Below, one piece after another: positions 50,126 to 62,539 of a stretch of DNA of 64,000 nt. Each line of letters opens with the position of its first letter. The first letter of the stretch is position 1. The notes below the pieces were generated by a model. It saw only the letters and a program-made list of their open reading frames with translations, did no database searches and had not been told where the DNA came from. Source of the stretch: Squalus acanthias (lineage: Eukaryota); the NCBI GenBank assembly GCA_030390025.1, contig CM059432.1:40054001-40118000 (forward strand), given 5' to 3'. The translations under genes were made by a program, and so were the position numbers.

Positions 50126-52440
50126 CAATGAGAAGCAGTTAATTCATAATCTTGTTGTGCGGGGTCCTTTAGGGAAGAGTGATAAGAATTCTTCATTAAA
50201 ATGGAAAGTGAAGAAGTCCAATCCGAAACTAGGGTCCTAAATCTAAACAAAGGAAACTATGAAGGTATGAGGAGTGAGTTGGCTATGATAGATTGGGGAG
50301 CTTCATTAAAAGGCATGACGGTGGATAGGCAATGGCTAACATTTAAGGAACGAATGCATGAATTGCAACAGTTATACATTTCTTTCTGGCGCAAGAACAC
50401 AAAAGGAAAAGCGGCCCAACCATTGCTAACAAAAGAAATTAAGGATAGTATTAGATCCAAAGAGGAGTCATATAAAGTTGCTAGAAAAATAGCAAGCCTG
50501 AGGATTGGGAGCAGTTTAGAGTTCAGCAAAAAAGGACTAAGAGATTGATTAAGAGGGGAAAAATAGAGTATGAGAGTAAACTTGCAAGGAACATAAAAGC
50601 AGATTGTAAAAGCTTCTACAAGTATGTAAAAAGAAAAAGATTAGTGAAGACAAATGTAGGTCCCTTACAGTCAGAAACGGGAGAATTTATAATGGGGAAC
50701 AAGGAAATGGCAGAGCAATTAAACAAATACTTTGGTTCTGTCTTCACGGAAGAGGACACAATAACTTCCCAGAAATGCTAGGGAACCAAGGGTCTAGTGA
50801 GAAGGAGGAATTAGAGGAAATTAGTATTAGTAAAAAAAATAGTGGTGGAGAAATTAATGGGACTGAAAGCTGATAAATCCCCAGGGCCTGATAATCTGCA
50901 TCCCAGAGTACTAAAAGAGGTAGCCATGGAAATAGTGGATGCATTGGTTGTCATCTTCCAAAATTCTATAGATTATGGAACAGTTCCTGCAGATTGGAGG
51001 GTGGCAAATATAATCCCACTATTTAAAAAAGGAGGGAGAGAGAAAACCGGGAACTACAGACCGGTTAGCCTAACATCAGTAGTAGGGAAAATGCTAGAGT
51101 ATTATAAAGGATGTGATAACAGGACACTTAGAAAATATCAGGATTAGACAAAGTCAACATGGATTTATGAAAGGGAAATTGTGTTTGACAAACCTACTGG
51201 AGTTTTTTGAGGATGTAACTGGTAGAATAGATAAGGGAGAACCATTGGATGTGGTGTATTTGGATTTTCAGAAGGCCTTTGATAAAGTCCCACATAAGAG
51301 GTTAGTGTGCAAAATTAAAGTACGTGGGATTGGGGGTAATATACTGGCATGGATTGAAAATTGGTTAACAGACAGGAAACGGAGAGTAGGAATAAATGGG
51401 TCTTTTTCGGGGTGGCAGGCGGTGACTAGTGGGGTACTGCAGGGATCAGTACTTGGGCCCCAGCTATTCACAATATATATCAATGATTTGGATGAGGGAA
51501 CCAAATGTAATATTTCCAAGTTTGCTGACGACACGAAACTAGGTGGGATTGAGAGTTGTGAGGAGGATGCAAAGAGGCTTCAAGGCGATTTAGACAGGTT
51601 GAGTGAGTGGGCAAATACATGGCAGATGCAGTATAACGTGGATAAATGTGAAGTTATCCACTTCGGTAGGAAAAACAGAAAGGCAGAGTATTATTTAAAT
51701 GGTGATAGATTGGGAAATGTTGATGTACAAAGGGACCTGGGTGTCCTTGTACACCAGTCACTGAAAGCAAACATGCAGGTGCAGCAAACAGTTAGGAAGG
51801 CAAATGGTATGTTGGCCTTCATTGCAAGAGGATTTGAGTACAGGAGCAAGGATGTCTTACTACAGTTGTACAGGGCCTTGGTGAGACCACACCTGGAGTA
51901 CTGTGTGCAGTTTTGATCTCCTTACCTAAGAAAGGATATACTTGCCATAGAGGGAGTGCAGCGAAGGTTCACCAGACTGATTCCTGGGATGGCAGGAATG
52001 TCGTATGAGGAGAGATTGGGTCGACTAGGCCTGTATTCACTAGAGTTTAGAAGAATGAGAGGGGATCTCATTGAAACGTATAAAATTCTGATAGGGCTAG
52101 ACAGACTGGATGCAGGGAGGATGTTTCCCCTGGCTGGGGGGTCTAGAACGAGGGGTCTCAGGATACGGGGTAGGACATCTAGGACTGAGATGAGAAATTT
52201 CTTCACTCAGAGGGAGGTGAACCTGTGGAATTCTCTACCACAGAAGGCTGTGGAGGCCAAGTCACTGAATATATTTAAGAAGGAGATAGATAGATTTCTA
52301 GACATAAAAGGCATCAAGGGGTATGGGGAGAAAGCAGGAATATGGTATTGAGATAGAGGATCAGCCATGATATTGAATGGCGGAGCAGGGCCGAATGGCC
52401 TACTCCTGCTCCTATTTTTCAATGTTTCTTCTATGTTTCT
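50126..52440 (+). mobile_element. CR1-clade LINE, 5'-truncated, inserted in an opposite-strand CR1
   Basis: ORFs 50201-52351 with RT motifs QGSVLGP, KFADDT and the CR1 tail. Confidence 0.92.
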
Positions 52441-52725
52441 ATGGTTATTGACCTCTCTGCTAAGGGAAATAGGTCCTTCCTATCCACTCTTATCTAAGCC
52501 CCTCATAATTTTATACACCTCAATTAAATCTCCCCTCAGCCTCCTCTGTTCCAAAGAAAACAACCCCAGCCTATCCAACCTTTCCTCATAGCTAAAATTC
52601 TCCAGTCCTGGCAACATCCTCGTAAATCTTCTATGTACAGTACTCTCTCCAGTGCAATCACATCTTTGCTGTAATGTGGTGACCAGAACTGTACACAGTA
52701 CTCTAGCTGTGGCCTAACTAGTGTT

Positions 52726-53999
52726 TTGACTAACATTCACTACAAGCCCACTGACTCCCACAGCTACCTGGACTACACTTCCTCCCACCCCGCCTCCTGT
52801 AAGGACTCTATTCCATTCTCCCAGTTTCTCCGTCTCCGCCGCATCTGCTCTGATGATGCCACCTTCCATACCAGTGCTTCCGACATGTCTTCCTTTTTCC
52901 TCAACCGAGGATTCCCCTCTACCGTGGTCGACACGGCCCTCGACCGTGTCCGTTCTATCTCCCGCACTTCTGCCCTCACCCCTGCCCCTCCCTCCCGGAA
53001 CCACGATAGAGTTCCCCTTGTCCTCACCTTTCACCCCACCAGCCTCCACATTCAACGGATCATCCTCCGCCATTTCCGCCACCTCCAGCGTGATCCCACC
53101 ACCAAACACATCTTCCCCTCACCTCCCCTTTCAGCATTCCGCAGGGACCGCTCCCTCCGCGACACCCTAGTCCACTCCTCTACCACCCCCAGCACCCCTT
53201 CCCCTTCGCCCGGCACCTTCCCGTGCACGCGCAGGAGATGCTACACATGCCCTTACACCTCCCCTCTTCCCACTGTCCAGGGCCCCAAACACCCCTTCCA
53301 GGTGAAACAGCGATTTACTTGTACTTCCTGCAATTTAGTATACTGTATTCGCTGCTCACGATGTGGTCTCCTCTACATTGGGGAGACCAAACGCAGATTG
53401 GGTGACCGCTTTGCGGAACACCTCCGTTCAGTCCGTAAGGGGGACCCCGAGCTCCCGGTGGCCTGTCACTTTAATTCACCGCTTCACTCCCACTCTGACC
53501 TCACCGTCCTCGGCCTATTACACTGTTCCACGGAAGCGCAGCGTAAGCTCGAGGAACAGCACCTCATCTTTCGTTTAGGCACGCTACAGCCCTCTGGACT
53601 CAATATCGAGTTCAACAATTTTAGATCATAACCTCAGCTCCAATTACATTTATATTTTATTTTTTCATCCCTTTCATTTGCCCCCCCCACCTTTTTTTTC
53701 CTCCTAGAAGCTGGCAGCTGTCCTTCATTCTGCCAGTGGATTTCACACTTCTTTCAGCCTTAATCTGTCACATTAACACCACCTCTAGCCTTGCATATCT
53801 CTTAATGTCTCTTCATCTCCCCCTTTGTTCTTTTATCCCCTCCCCCTTTTCCCAGCTTTACTCTGGCCTTAAATCTATTTGATTTCCGGCTCTTCACAGT
53901 TCTGATGAAAGGTCATCGACCTGAAACGTTAACTCTCTTTCTCTCTCCACGGATGCTGCCTGGCCTGCTGAGTTTTTCCAGCGTTTTCTGTTGTTATTT
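52726..53999 (+). mobile_element. Penelope-like retroelement, 5'-truncated, with GIY-YIG domain, 3' UTR and hammerhead
   Basis: ORF 52726-53631 ends GLNIEFNNFRS*; direct repeat tagtgtttt at 52719-52727 and 54000-54008; interrupts a CR1. Confidence 0.92.
53898..53934 (+). ncRNA. Minimal hammerhead ribozyme in PLE 3' end
   Basis: agtt-CTGATGA-a-aggtc(atc)gacct-GAAAC-GTT-aact. Confidence 0.7.
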
Positions 54000-54678
54000 T
54001 AGTGTTTTATACAGTTCAAGCATAGCCTCCCTGCTCTTATATTCTATGCCTCAGCTAATAAAGGAAAGTATGCCTTCTTAATCACCTTATCCACCTGCCC
54101 TGCTACCTTCAGGGATCTGTGCATATGCATTTCAAGATCCCTCTGTTCCTCTACACTTCTCAGTATCCTACCATTTATTGTTTATTCCCTTGTCTTGTTA
54201 GCCCTCCCCAAATGCATTACCTCACACTTCTCCAGATTGAATTTCCATATGCACTCCTGACCTTGATATCTTCCTGCAGTCTACAGCTTTTCCTCACTAT
54301 CAACCAATGGACAATTTTTGTATCATCTGCAAACTTCTTTATCATGCCCCCTACATTGAAGTCTAAAAGATTGATTGATATATACCACAAAAAGCAAGGA
54401 ACCGAGTACTGAGCCCTGCGGAACCCCACTGGAAACAGCCTTCCAGTCACGAAACCAACCGTTGATCATTACCCTTCGCTTCCTGCCACTGAGCCAATTT
54501 TGGATCCAACTTGCCACTTTCCCTTGGACCCCATGGGCTTTTACTTTTCTGACCAGTCTGCCATATGGGACCTTGTCAAAAGCCTTGCTAAAATCCATGT
54601 AGACTACATCAAACGTGCTACCATCATCAACCCTCCTCAAAATTCAATCAATTTCGTCAGACACGACCTTCCCTTAAC

Positions 54679-55084
54679 GGGAATGGTAGCATAGTGATTA
54701 TGTTTCTGGACTAGTAATCCAGAGGCCTGGACTAATGATCCGGAGACAAGAGTTCAAATCCCATCGCAGCAGCTAGGGAATATAAATTCAGTTAAATAAA
54801 TCTGGAATAAAAAGCTAGTATCAGTAATGGTGACCATGTAACTACCGGATTGTAAAAGCCCATCTGGTTCACTAATGTCCTTTAGTGAAGGAAATCTGCC
54901 ATCCTTACCTGGTCTGGCATATATGTGACTCCAGACCCACAGCAATGTGGTTGACTCATAACTGCCCTCTGAAATCCTCAGTTGTCAAAAATGTGGCTCA
55001 ACACCACTTTCTCAAGGGCAATTAGGGATGGGCAATAAATGCTGGCCTTGCCAGTGATGCCCACATCCTGTGAATGAATTTTTT
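54679..55084 (+). mobile_element. tRNA-derived SINE with LINE-derived tail
   Basis: tagcatagtg A box, gagttcaaatccc B box; tail shared with 845-1127; tgaa repeats at the end. Confidence 0.75.
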
Positions 55085-55849
55085 AAAAATCCATGCTGAC
55101 TGTCCTTGATTAATCCGTGCCTTTCTAAATGGTGATTAATACTGTCCCTCAGAATTTTTTCCAACAATTTGCCCACCTACCACCAAAATTAGGCTGACTG
55201 ACCTGTAATTACTCAGTCTATCCCTTTCTCCCTTTTTAAACAACGGTACAACGTTGGCAGTTCTCCAGTCCTCCAGCACCACACCTGTAGCCAGAGAGGA
55301 TTGGAAAATGATGGTTAGAGCCTCCGCTATTACCTCCCTTGCTTCTCTTAACAGCCTGGGATACATTTCATCCAGGCTTGGCGATTTATCTACTTTCAAA
55401 GATGCTAAACCCCTTAATATTTCCTCACTCACTATGTTTATCTCAGCTAATATTTCACACTCCTCCTCCTTAACTACAATATATGCATCGTCCCTCTCTT
55501 TTGTGAAGACAGACACAAAGTATTCATTAAGAACCATACCCACGTCTTCCGCCTCAACACAAAGGTTACCTTTTTGGTCTCTAATAGGCCCTACTCTTTC
55601 TTTAGTTATCCTCTTGCTCTTTTATGCATTTATAAAACATCTTTGAGTTTTCCTTGATTTTACTTGCATTCTAGACAATTAAAAAAAAAACTAAAGCCTT
55701 ATCATAGAAATTTGTTATCCCTCATTTAAAAGTTCATCCTTTCTCTCCCATATAGTCTCTTAAATTTGTTTAAATAAATTAAGTGATGTTTCTCTGGACT
55801 GTAAAATGAACTTTGTCCTGAATTTAGTCAGGTGTATTTTGCTAGTGTA

Positions 55850-56762
55850 ATAAAAACAGAAAATGCTAGAAATACTCAGTAGGTCAGGCAGCATCTGTGG
55901 AGAGAGAGCAACAGAGTTAACGGGCTGGATATTCCGATCCCTACAGGTGGGTACGTGCTGTGTACCCACCCGTAGGGACATAGGAAATGCCGGTTTCAGG
56001 CATGCACTGCGCATGCGCTGGAAACCGGCATTTCCGATCTGTCAAGAAAGCTCTTGACAGATCCTCCGGCTGCCTGGGAGAAGGGCCTCTGCGGGCAGAT
56101 AGTTCCGCTTTTTGGAGACCCTCCGCCCGCAGAAAACCCTTACAATTCTTGCGTAAGGCCTGCTTTTACCAGGATAAGAGTTGAAAAAAGTTTTTTTTTT
56201 TAAAATTTTCCACTGATTTATCATTTAAAAATACTTTAAAAAAGGTAAGGTGTTTTTTTTTAGCCCCGTAAAAATCTTTAATTTTTTTCAAAAATTAAAA
56301 GTTTTGTTTAAAATAGTTAATTTATTGTACTTTCGAGTCATTTTAATAATCTGATGTTTATTTAAATTTATTTAAAGTTTTACTATGTTTTGGGGGTGAT
56401 CTCCATTCATATAGTTGACAGGTCTTCCTGTCAAATGTATGAAAGGAGATTCCCTTCTTTGATTGGCTCCCCATGGCCCACGTGATCCCAGGGACGCTGC
56501 GAACTACCTGCGCCTCTGGGATACATGGGCCCTGCACACCGGCAGTTTGGAGAGGCCCAGGAGCGGAATTGTGCGCCTCCCGGGAGCCCTCCGGTAAGGG
56601 CGCAGATTTTTCCAGATCGCAGTCCTCCGTCCGCGGGAGGCCTGCGATCAGAATATCTGGGCCATTGTTTCAGATCTCTCCACAGATGCTGCCTGACCTG
56701 CTGAGTATTCCCAGCATTTTCTGTCTTTTTTCAGATTTCCAGCATCCGCAGTATTTTGCTTT
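55850..56762. mobile_element. Inverted PLE-terminus remnant interrupted by a MITE
   Basis: Inverted copies of the PLE 3' UTR (gatgctgcctgacct.ctgagtatt); 17-bp TSD tgtattttgctagtgta at 55833-55849 and 56763-56779. Confidence 0.7.
55922..56663. mobile_element. Non-autonomous DNA transposon (MITE, probably Harbinger-like)
   Basis: Imperfect TIRs gggctggatattc / gaatatctgggcc; internal hairpins; homologous to 29839-30467. Confidence 0.6.
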
Positions 56763-57181
56763 TGTATTTTGCTAGTGTATATATACTTAAAATATATTTT
56801 ATAAAAGAGTGCAGTTAGGAATAGCCTGTTACTGTAGGCAGAGATCTTGGTTGAGGCAGTGCGGGCAAAGATTACCACTAAGGCATTGGATTGATTTTCA
56901 CCATATAATAAATACAGCTATAATTTTATGCAACTCTGGTAGTCGTGATGCACAATTACATGTTGATTGGAGTTGGTGCTCAGGCCTGATGCAGTTAAAC
57001 TTAATTACAATGTCCTTATGGAAATGAAATGACATTTATTGCATCATCTCACTAAATAAAACCCATTAGTGTTGATTTCAATGTACTGTATTGGGAGCTA
57101 ATTGAAGGCTGAAAAACGGATTTGCTATTTGAAAGTTCCCATTAAGTGGTAGTACATCATCTATAGCACTACAGAGTCATT

Positions 57182-57905
57182 GGCCTCGATAATAACTCTG
57201 AGGCAGGAAGAGAGCGGCAAGGAGCGGGGGGTGGGATTTGCACACGGGAAAACCGAAAGTACCGGTTTCCCACAGGTCCTACCAAATTTAATGGCAAGAC
57301 CTATTTGAAATTTTTTTCAGCAGGTTTCCCTCCCGACAGTCGACCAGATTAACAGGCTGGCTGCCTGTCTGACTGGAAAGCAGCAAGGGAGCAATCGGAC
57401 TTTTCAGTGTTTGGATCGCGGGCGTTTGGGATCTTCGGAGTTTGGATTGGGGTAGTGGGGTCGGGGCGAGATTCAGGTCTTCGGGTTTGGATCGCGGGGT
57501 CAGGGAGCATTCGGGGTCTTTGAAATTTGGATCGTGGGGGTCTGATGTGGGTGAACAGGTTTGTTTGGTGTTCCTGGAGGAAGCACTCCTGCTCCTTCTG
57601 GCCCACAAGCAGTGCTGTAAAGGCACTTGCCTGAAGGATCCGGACCTTCTCTCCTCCTTTCATCTGCTGAGTTTCCCAAGACCCAGGAAACCCGGCCTGC
57701 AGGTGTTAAAAATAAAACTGAAGTTAAAATGGAGGCACGCAGCCACCGTAAAATATTTTAGTGACCAACCTGCGTCCTGAGAGCGGATTGGTCACCTGCC
57801 CCCTACCTGTCTCCATTAAAACTGGAAGTGGGTGGATTGGGGTCGGGTTTCGCATTTAAAACATTTTTAATCACCCACCCACCCTTTGGGGTTAAAATTC
57901 CCCCC
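57182..57905. mobile_element. MITE-like element
   Basis: Ends ggttaaaattccccc, like the TIR at 2289-2463; GC-rich interior with short tcggg/ttgga repeats. Confidence 0.45.
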
Positions 57906-58035
57906 ATTATGTACGAAATATATTGCTTGTTTTGAAAATAGAACTGGGTTATACTATTTTATTTTTGCTCTTTATCTCTTTTCAATTAGTTTTAGAGTTT
58001 TATGTATTTGACAATCTTGTATACTCCTTTTGCAG

Positions 58036-58515
58036 GACTTCTTTAAATGATCTGTTTCCATACTACCCTTTGGAGCATGGTTCGCAGCATACTCACAGAT
58101 ATGTCCGAGATTGTCAGCCTCTAATTTTTGGGAATGTGACACATGAAACCTGGCCTGCTGATAAATCCACAGACCTTCCTATAGCTAAAACTACTGTATT
58201 TGTTTCCCACTTTCCCACTGATGAAGGAAAGCTTAAAGCAGTCACTGGCCACTTCACTTTTGTGAATAATCCATTGCGAACAGTCTCAGTTTTGGAACCA
58301 CTCAAACCAGGAGGATGCAGTCAGTCTTACAGAGCAACAGTACAGGAAACTACAAAATCCAAGAAGTGTTTGGTGGCTCAGAATGGTGGATTTTTTGACA
58401 TGAACACAGAACGTTGCTTGGGTAATGTTGTGAGTGATGGAAAACTGGTGCAAGATGGAAAGGGAATTCAAAACGCACAGTTTGGGATTAAGAAGGATGG
58501 CACATTAGTATTTGG
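58036..58515 (+). CDS. NAGPA: NAGPA exon 2, N-acetylglucosamine-1-phosphodiester alpha-N-acetylglucosaminidase (uncovering enzyme)
   Basis: cag|...GG|gtaag, 480 bp; furin-type RYVR|DC propeptide site; PLRTVSVLEP, VAQNGGFF, CLGNVVSDG, QNAQFGIKKDGTLVFG. Confidence 0.95.
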
Positions 58516-60199
58516 GTAAGAAGCTAAATAAATCTGATGTGTATATACTCAGTAACCTTATTGCAATACTGGTATGTGTGTGTCTGGATAAAAAAAGTCT
58601 GAATTTGCAGAATTACATTTATTGACCCCTGCATTTACAAATGGAGAAACTGATCATCAAAATTCCACTTTACCGTTTCTAGTTTGCCTATAAGCTGCAC
58701 CCCATTTTTTTAATAATTGTGTATTTAATATTGCGTGCCTTCAGCTTGCTTACCAATAAACTGAACTTGAGGACGTTGGGGCATCTTTATATTAAAAAAA
58801 AAATCATCCTTACTATTAAAATCTTCCCGTGTTCACTTTCAGTCTGCTGTGCTGCTGACAATAACATGATGGTGCTGGACTCCATTCTCCCAGCCTTACC
58901 ATTGAGTCTGTCATATCTGTTAAATTCAATTAAATCTTATGGTCCCCTCCCAGCAGTCAGTCCATATATAGTTTTTAGAAATAAATGTGAAATCTTACAA
59001 AATTGATGCTTTTGAAGGTAAATTTCTCAACGGTGTTTGTGAAAGAATTTTAAATTAATTTGATTTCAATTGGTTTGACCTTTGTTTAACTTTACAGACA
59101 AAATATTAATGCATTACTTTGTCTTGTTCTACTGGCAAATTTGTATCATAGGAAAATCATAGCCTCATGGAAACATAGAAACAGGTGTAGGCCATTTAGC
59201 CCCTCAAGCCTGTTCTGCCATTCAGTTAGATCATGGCTGATCTGTACCTCAATTCCATTTACCTGCCTTTTTCCTTATCCATTGATATGCTTACTTCACA
59301 TATCGATTTCTGTTTTAAAAATTCCAATCTGGCACTTCATCTAAGCTGCACCTTTCCAATTTTGCCATTTTTAATTCTTAACTCTAACTTGATTTTTCTC
59401 AATTTACTCCACATTTTCATTCACCCAAGCTGCACAATTGAGTGTTCTCAGTTTTTCAGCAGTGGTGGCAATCCTTCATACTCAAAGGTGAAGACTATTA
59501 CACATCCAAAAAGGTATGACAAAACCATGAAGCTCGTCCTATCACACTGTTAACCCACTGCACTGCTAACTTTCCTAGGAAGGGTAAAAAAAGAAATAAA
59601 AGCCTGTGGCTACCTCAAGAAAAATGCCTCTGACTCTCTAAGGCAGCCAAGCAATTGTTGGAAAAAGAATCCAACTTGATGACTATACCAATAAATGTTG
59701 AGGCCAATATGAAAAAGGTAGGCTCTCTGTATATTTCACAGGGCCAAGCAGCCCATCTGGACTTGGCATTCTGCTGCTGTTCACATTTCTGCTGCTGCCA
59801 CTTCACCTCAGGTGATCGTTTGTACTGATCATTCAACAGTGCTTGTCGGCTCATGATCGTGTGCACCCTTTTCCCAGTTGTCAATATTGAGAATGCATTT
59901 TTTGAAAAGTATTTTAGCATGCAGAAGTACTAAACATAGCAATAGATAGCATTTGTGGCCTAAAGAGTATCTGATGCTAGTCTATGCTGCTTGGATTCAA
60001 GTCTGATTTTTATTTTTCAATTGCTTGGTTACCTTGAGGTACTTGTGTATAAAGTAATGGAATAAAAGATTATTAAAAATCTACTTTTCTTTCCTGGTTT
60101 GTTTATCTAAGTCTACCGTGGCATTTGTGAATTGAAGTCTTAGTAACTGGACTGTGCACAAAAATTACAAATCCAAGCAAGATTAGTACAACACATCCT

Positions 60200-62135
60200 A
60201 ACATAACACAAGAATATAAGAAATAGGAGCAGGAGTAGACCATTTGGCCCTTTGAGCCTGCTCTGCCATTCAATAAGATCATGGCTGATCTTCCACCTCA
60301 TCTCCACTTTCCTGCACTATCCCCATATCCCTTGATTCCCTTAATATTCAAAAATCTATCGCTCTCTGTCTTGAATATACTCGACGACTGAGCCTCCACA
60401 GCCCTCTGGGGTAGAGAATACCAAAGATTCACCAACCTCTGAGTGAAGAAATTTCTCCTCATCTCAGTCCTAAATGGCCGACCCCTTATTCTAAGACTGT
60501 GACCCCTGGTACTAGACTCCCCAGCCAGGGGAAACATCCTCCCTGCATCTACCCTGTCAAGTCATATAAGAATTTTGTATGTTTCAATTAGATCACACCT
60601 CATTCTTCTAAACTCTAGAGAATATAAATGAGAAGTCGCACAACACCAGGTTATAGTCCAACAGTTTTATTTGAAATCACGAGCTTTCGGAGCGCTGCTC
60701 CTTCGTCAGGTAAAGTGAAGGAATACAAATCAGCAAAGCATATATAGACAGTTCTCTGTCTATATATGCTTTGCTGATTTGTATTCCTTCACTTTACTTG
60801 ACGAAGGAGCAGCGCTCCGAAAGCTCGTGATTTCAAATAAAACTGTTGGACTATAACCTGGTGTTGTGCGACTTCTCATTTTTGTCCACCAGTCCAACAC
60901 CGGCATCTCCGCATCTAGAGAATATAGGCCTAGTCTACTCAATCTCTCCTCATAGGACAATCCCCCCCATCCCAGGAACCAGTCTGGGGAACCTTCGTTG
61001 CACTCCCCCCTATGGCAAGTATATCCCTCCTTAGGTAAGGAGACCAAAACTGTACACAATACTTCAGGTGTGGTCTCACCAGGGCCCTATATAATTGCAG
61101 TAAGACGTCTTTACTCTTATACTCAAATCCTCTTGTACTGAAGGCCAACATACTAATTGCTTGCTGTACCTGCATGTTAACTTTCAGTGATTTGTGTACA
61201 AGGACACCCAGGTCCCTCTGAACACCAACATTTCCCAATCTTTCACCATTTAAAAAATACTCTGCTTTTCTATTTTTCCCTACCAAAGTGGATAACCTCA
61301 CATTTCTCCATATTTATATTCCATTTGCCATGTTCTTGCCCACTCACTTAGCCTGTCTATATCCTCTTGAAGCCTCCTTGCATCTTCCTCACAACTTACA
61401 TTTCCCACCCAGCTTTGTATCATCAGCAAACTTGGATATATAACATTTGATCCCCTCATCCAAATCATTGATGTAGATTGTGAATAGCTGAGGCCCAAGA
61501 ACTGATCTTTGCGGTGCCCCATTAGTTACAGCCTGCCAACCCGAAAATGACCTGTTTATTGCTACTCTCTTTTCTGTCTGTAACCAATCCTCAATCCATG
61601 CGAGTATATTACCCCCAATCCCATGAGCCCTAATTTTGTTTAATAACCTCTTGTGTGGCACCTTATTGAATGCCTTCTGAAAATCCAAATACACCACATC
61701 CACTGGTTCCCCCCTTATCTATTCTGCTAGTTACAACCTCAAAAAACTCGAACAGATTTGTCAAATACGATTTCCCTTTCATAAATCCCTGTTGACTCTG
61801 CCCAATCCTATTATTTTCTAAGTGCCCTGTTAACATGTCTTTAATAATAGATTCTAGCATTTTCCCTACTACTGATGTCAGGCTAACTGGTCTGTAGTTC
61901 CCCATTTTCTCTCTCCCTCCTTTCTTAAATAGTGGGGTTACATTTGCCACCTTCCATGACGCAGGAACCATTCTAGAATCTATGGAATTTTGGAAAATGA
62001 CAACCAATGCATCCACTATCTCTATAGCCACCTCTTTCAAAACCCTAGAATGTAGGCCATCGGGTCTAGGGGATTTATCGGCTTTCAATCCCATTAATTT
62101 CTCCAGTACTATTTTTTTACTAATACTAATTTCTT
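60200..62135 (-). mobile_element. CR1-clade LINE, 5'-truncated (contains the foldback insertion)
   Basis: KSPRPDG, NYRPVSLTS, KFADDT, CR1 tail. Confidence 0.9.
60627..60913. mobile_element. Inverted (foldback) PLE-terminus insertion carrying hammerhead motifs of a second family
   Basis: 126-bp arms 60626-60751 and 60756-60881 with 1 mismatch; TSD tctagagaatata at 60614-60626 and 60914-60926; CTGACGA-a-ggagc(agc)gctcc-GAAAG-CTC. Confidence 0.75.
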
Positions 62136-62539
62136 TCCTCTTAAATCAGGGGGATTTATAATACTAATATCACTTGAAATAGAATTGAACTTGAGTTTTT
62201 ATAGTTGGACTGCAATGCTGCAGCTACTGGCTCAACCAGTTTATGTTGATAAATTGTCTATTCCCCAGAAATTACTTTTTAAGTGGCTGTTTTTATTTGA
62301 GCAATTGATGCATTTTAAATGGGATAATATATTATTTTTGGTGTTACACTGTAAAAGAAATTTACTGGATGAATTAAATGCTCTATTTAAAAAAAATACT
62401 TTAATACTTATAATTGAGATCCTGTTTTTATTTAGTCTACCCTAGTGAGTGCTGGATTGTTTTCCATTTTTCAGAATAGTTGCAAATTATGATCAAGACG
62501 CCTCAATAATGAGCGTGTATAATGTTAAATATTAACTTA

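Larger units (their letters stand above)
49845..55670 (-). mobile_element. Host CR1 LINE split by CR1, PLE and SINE insertions
   Basis: Collinear pieces 49845-50125, 52441-52725, 54001-54678, 55085-55670 with RT motifs (MDFSKAFDKVP, QGSVLG). Confidence 0.8.

Noticed and set aside
57923..58035. Hydrophobic N-terminal extension of the 198-aa ORF as the NAGPA signal peptide
   Set aside because: T-rich intron end before the cag acceptor at 58035; exon 1 at 36173 supplies a phase-compatible signal peptide
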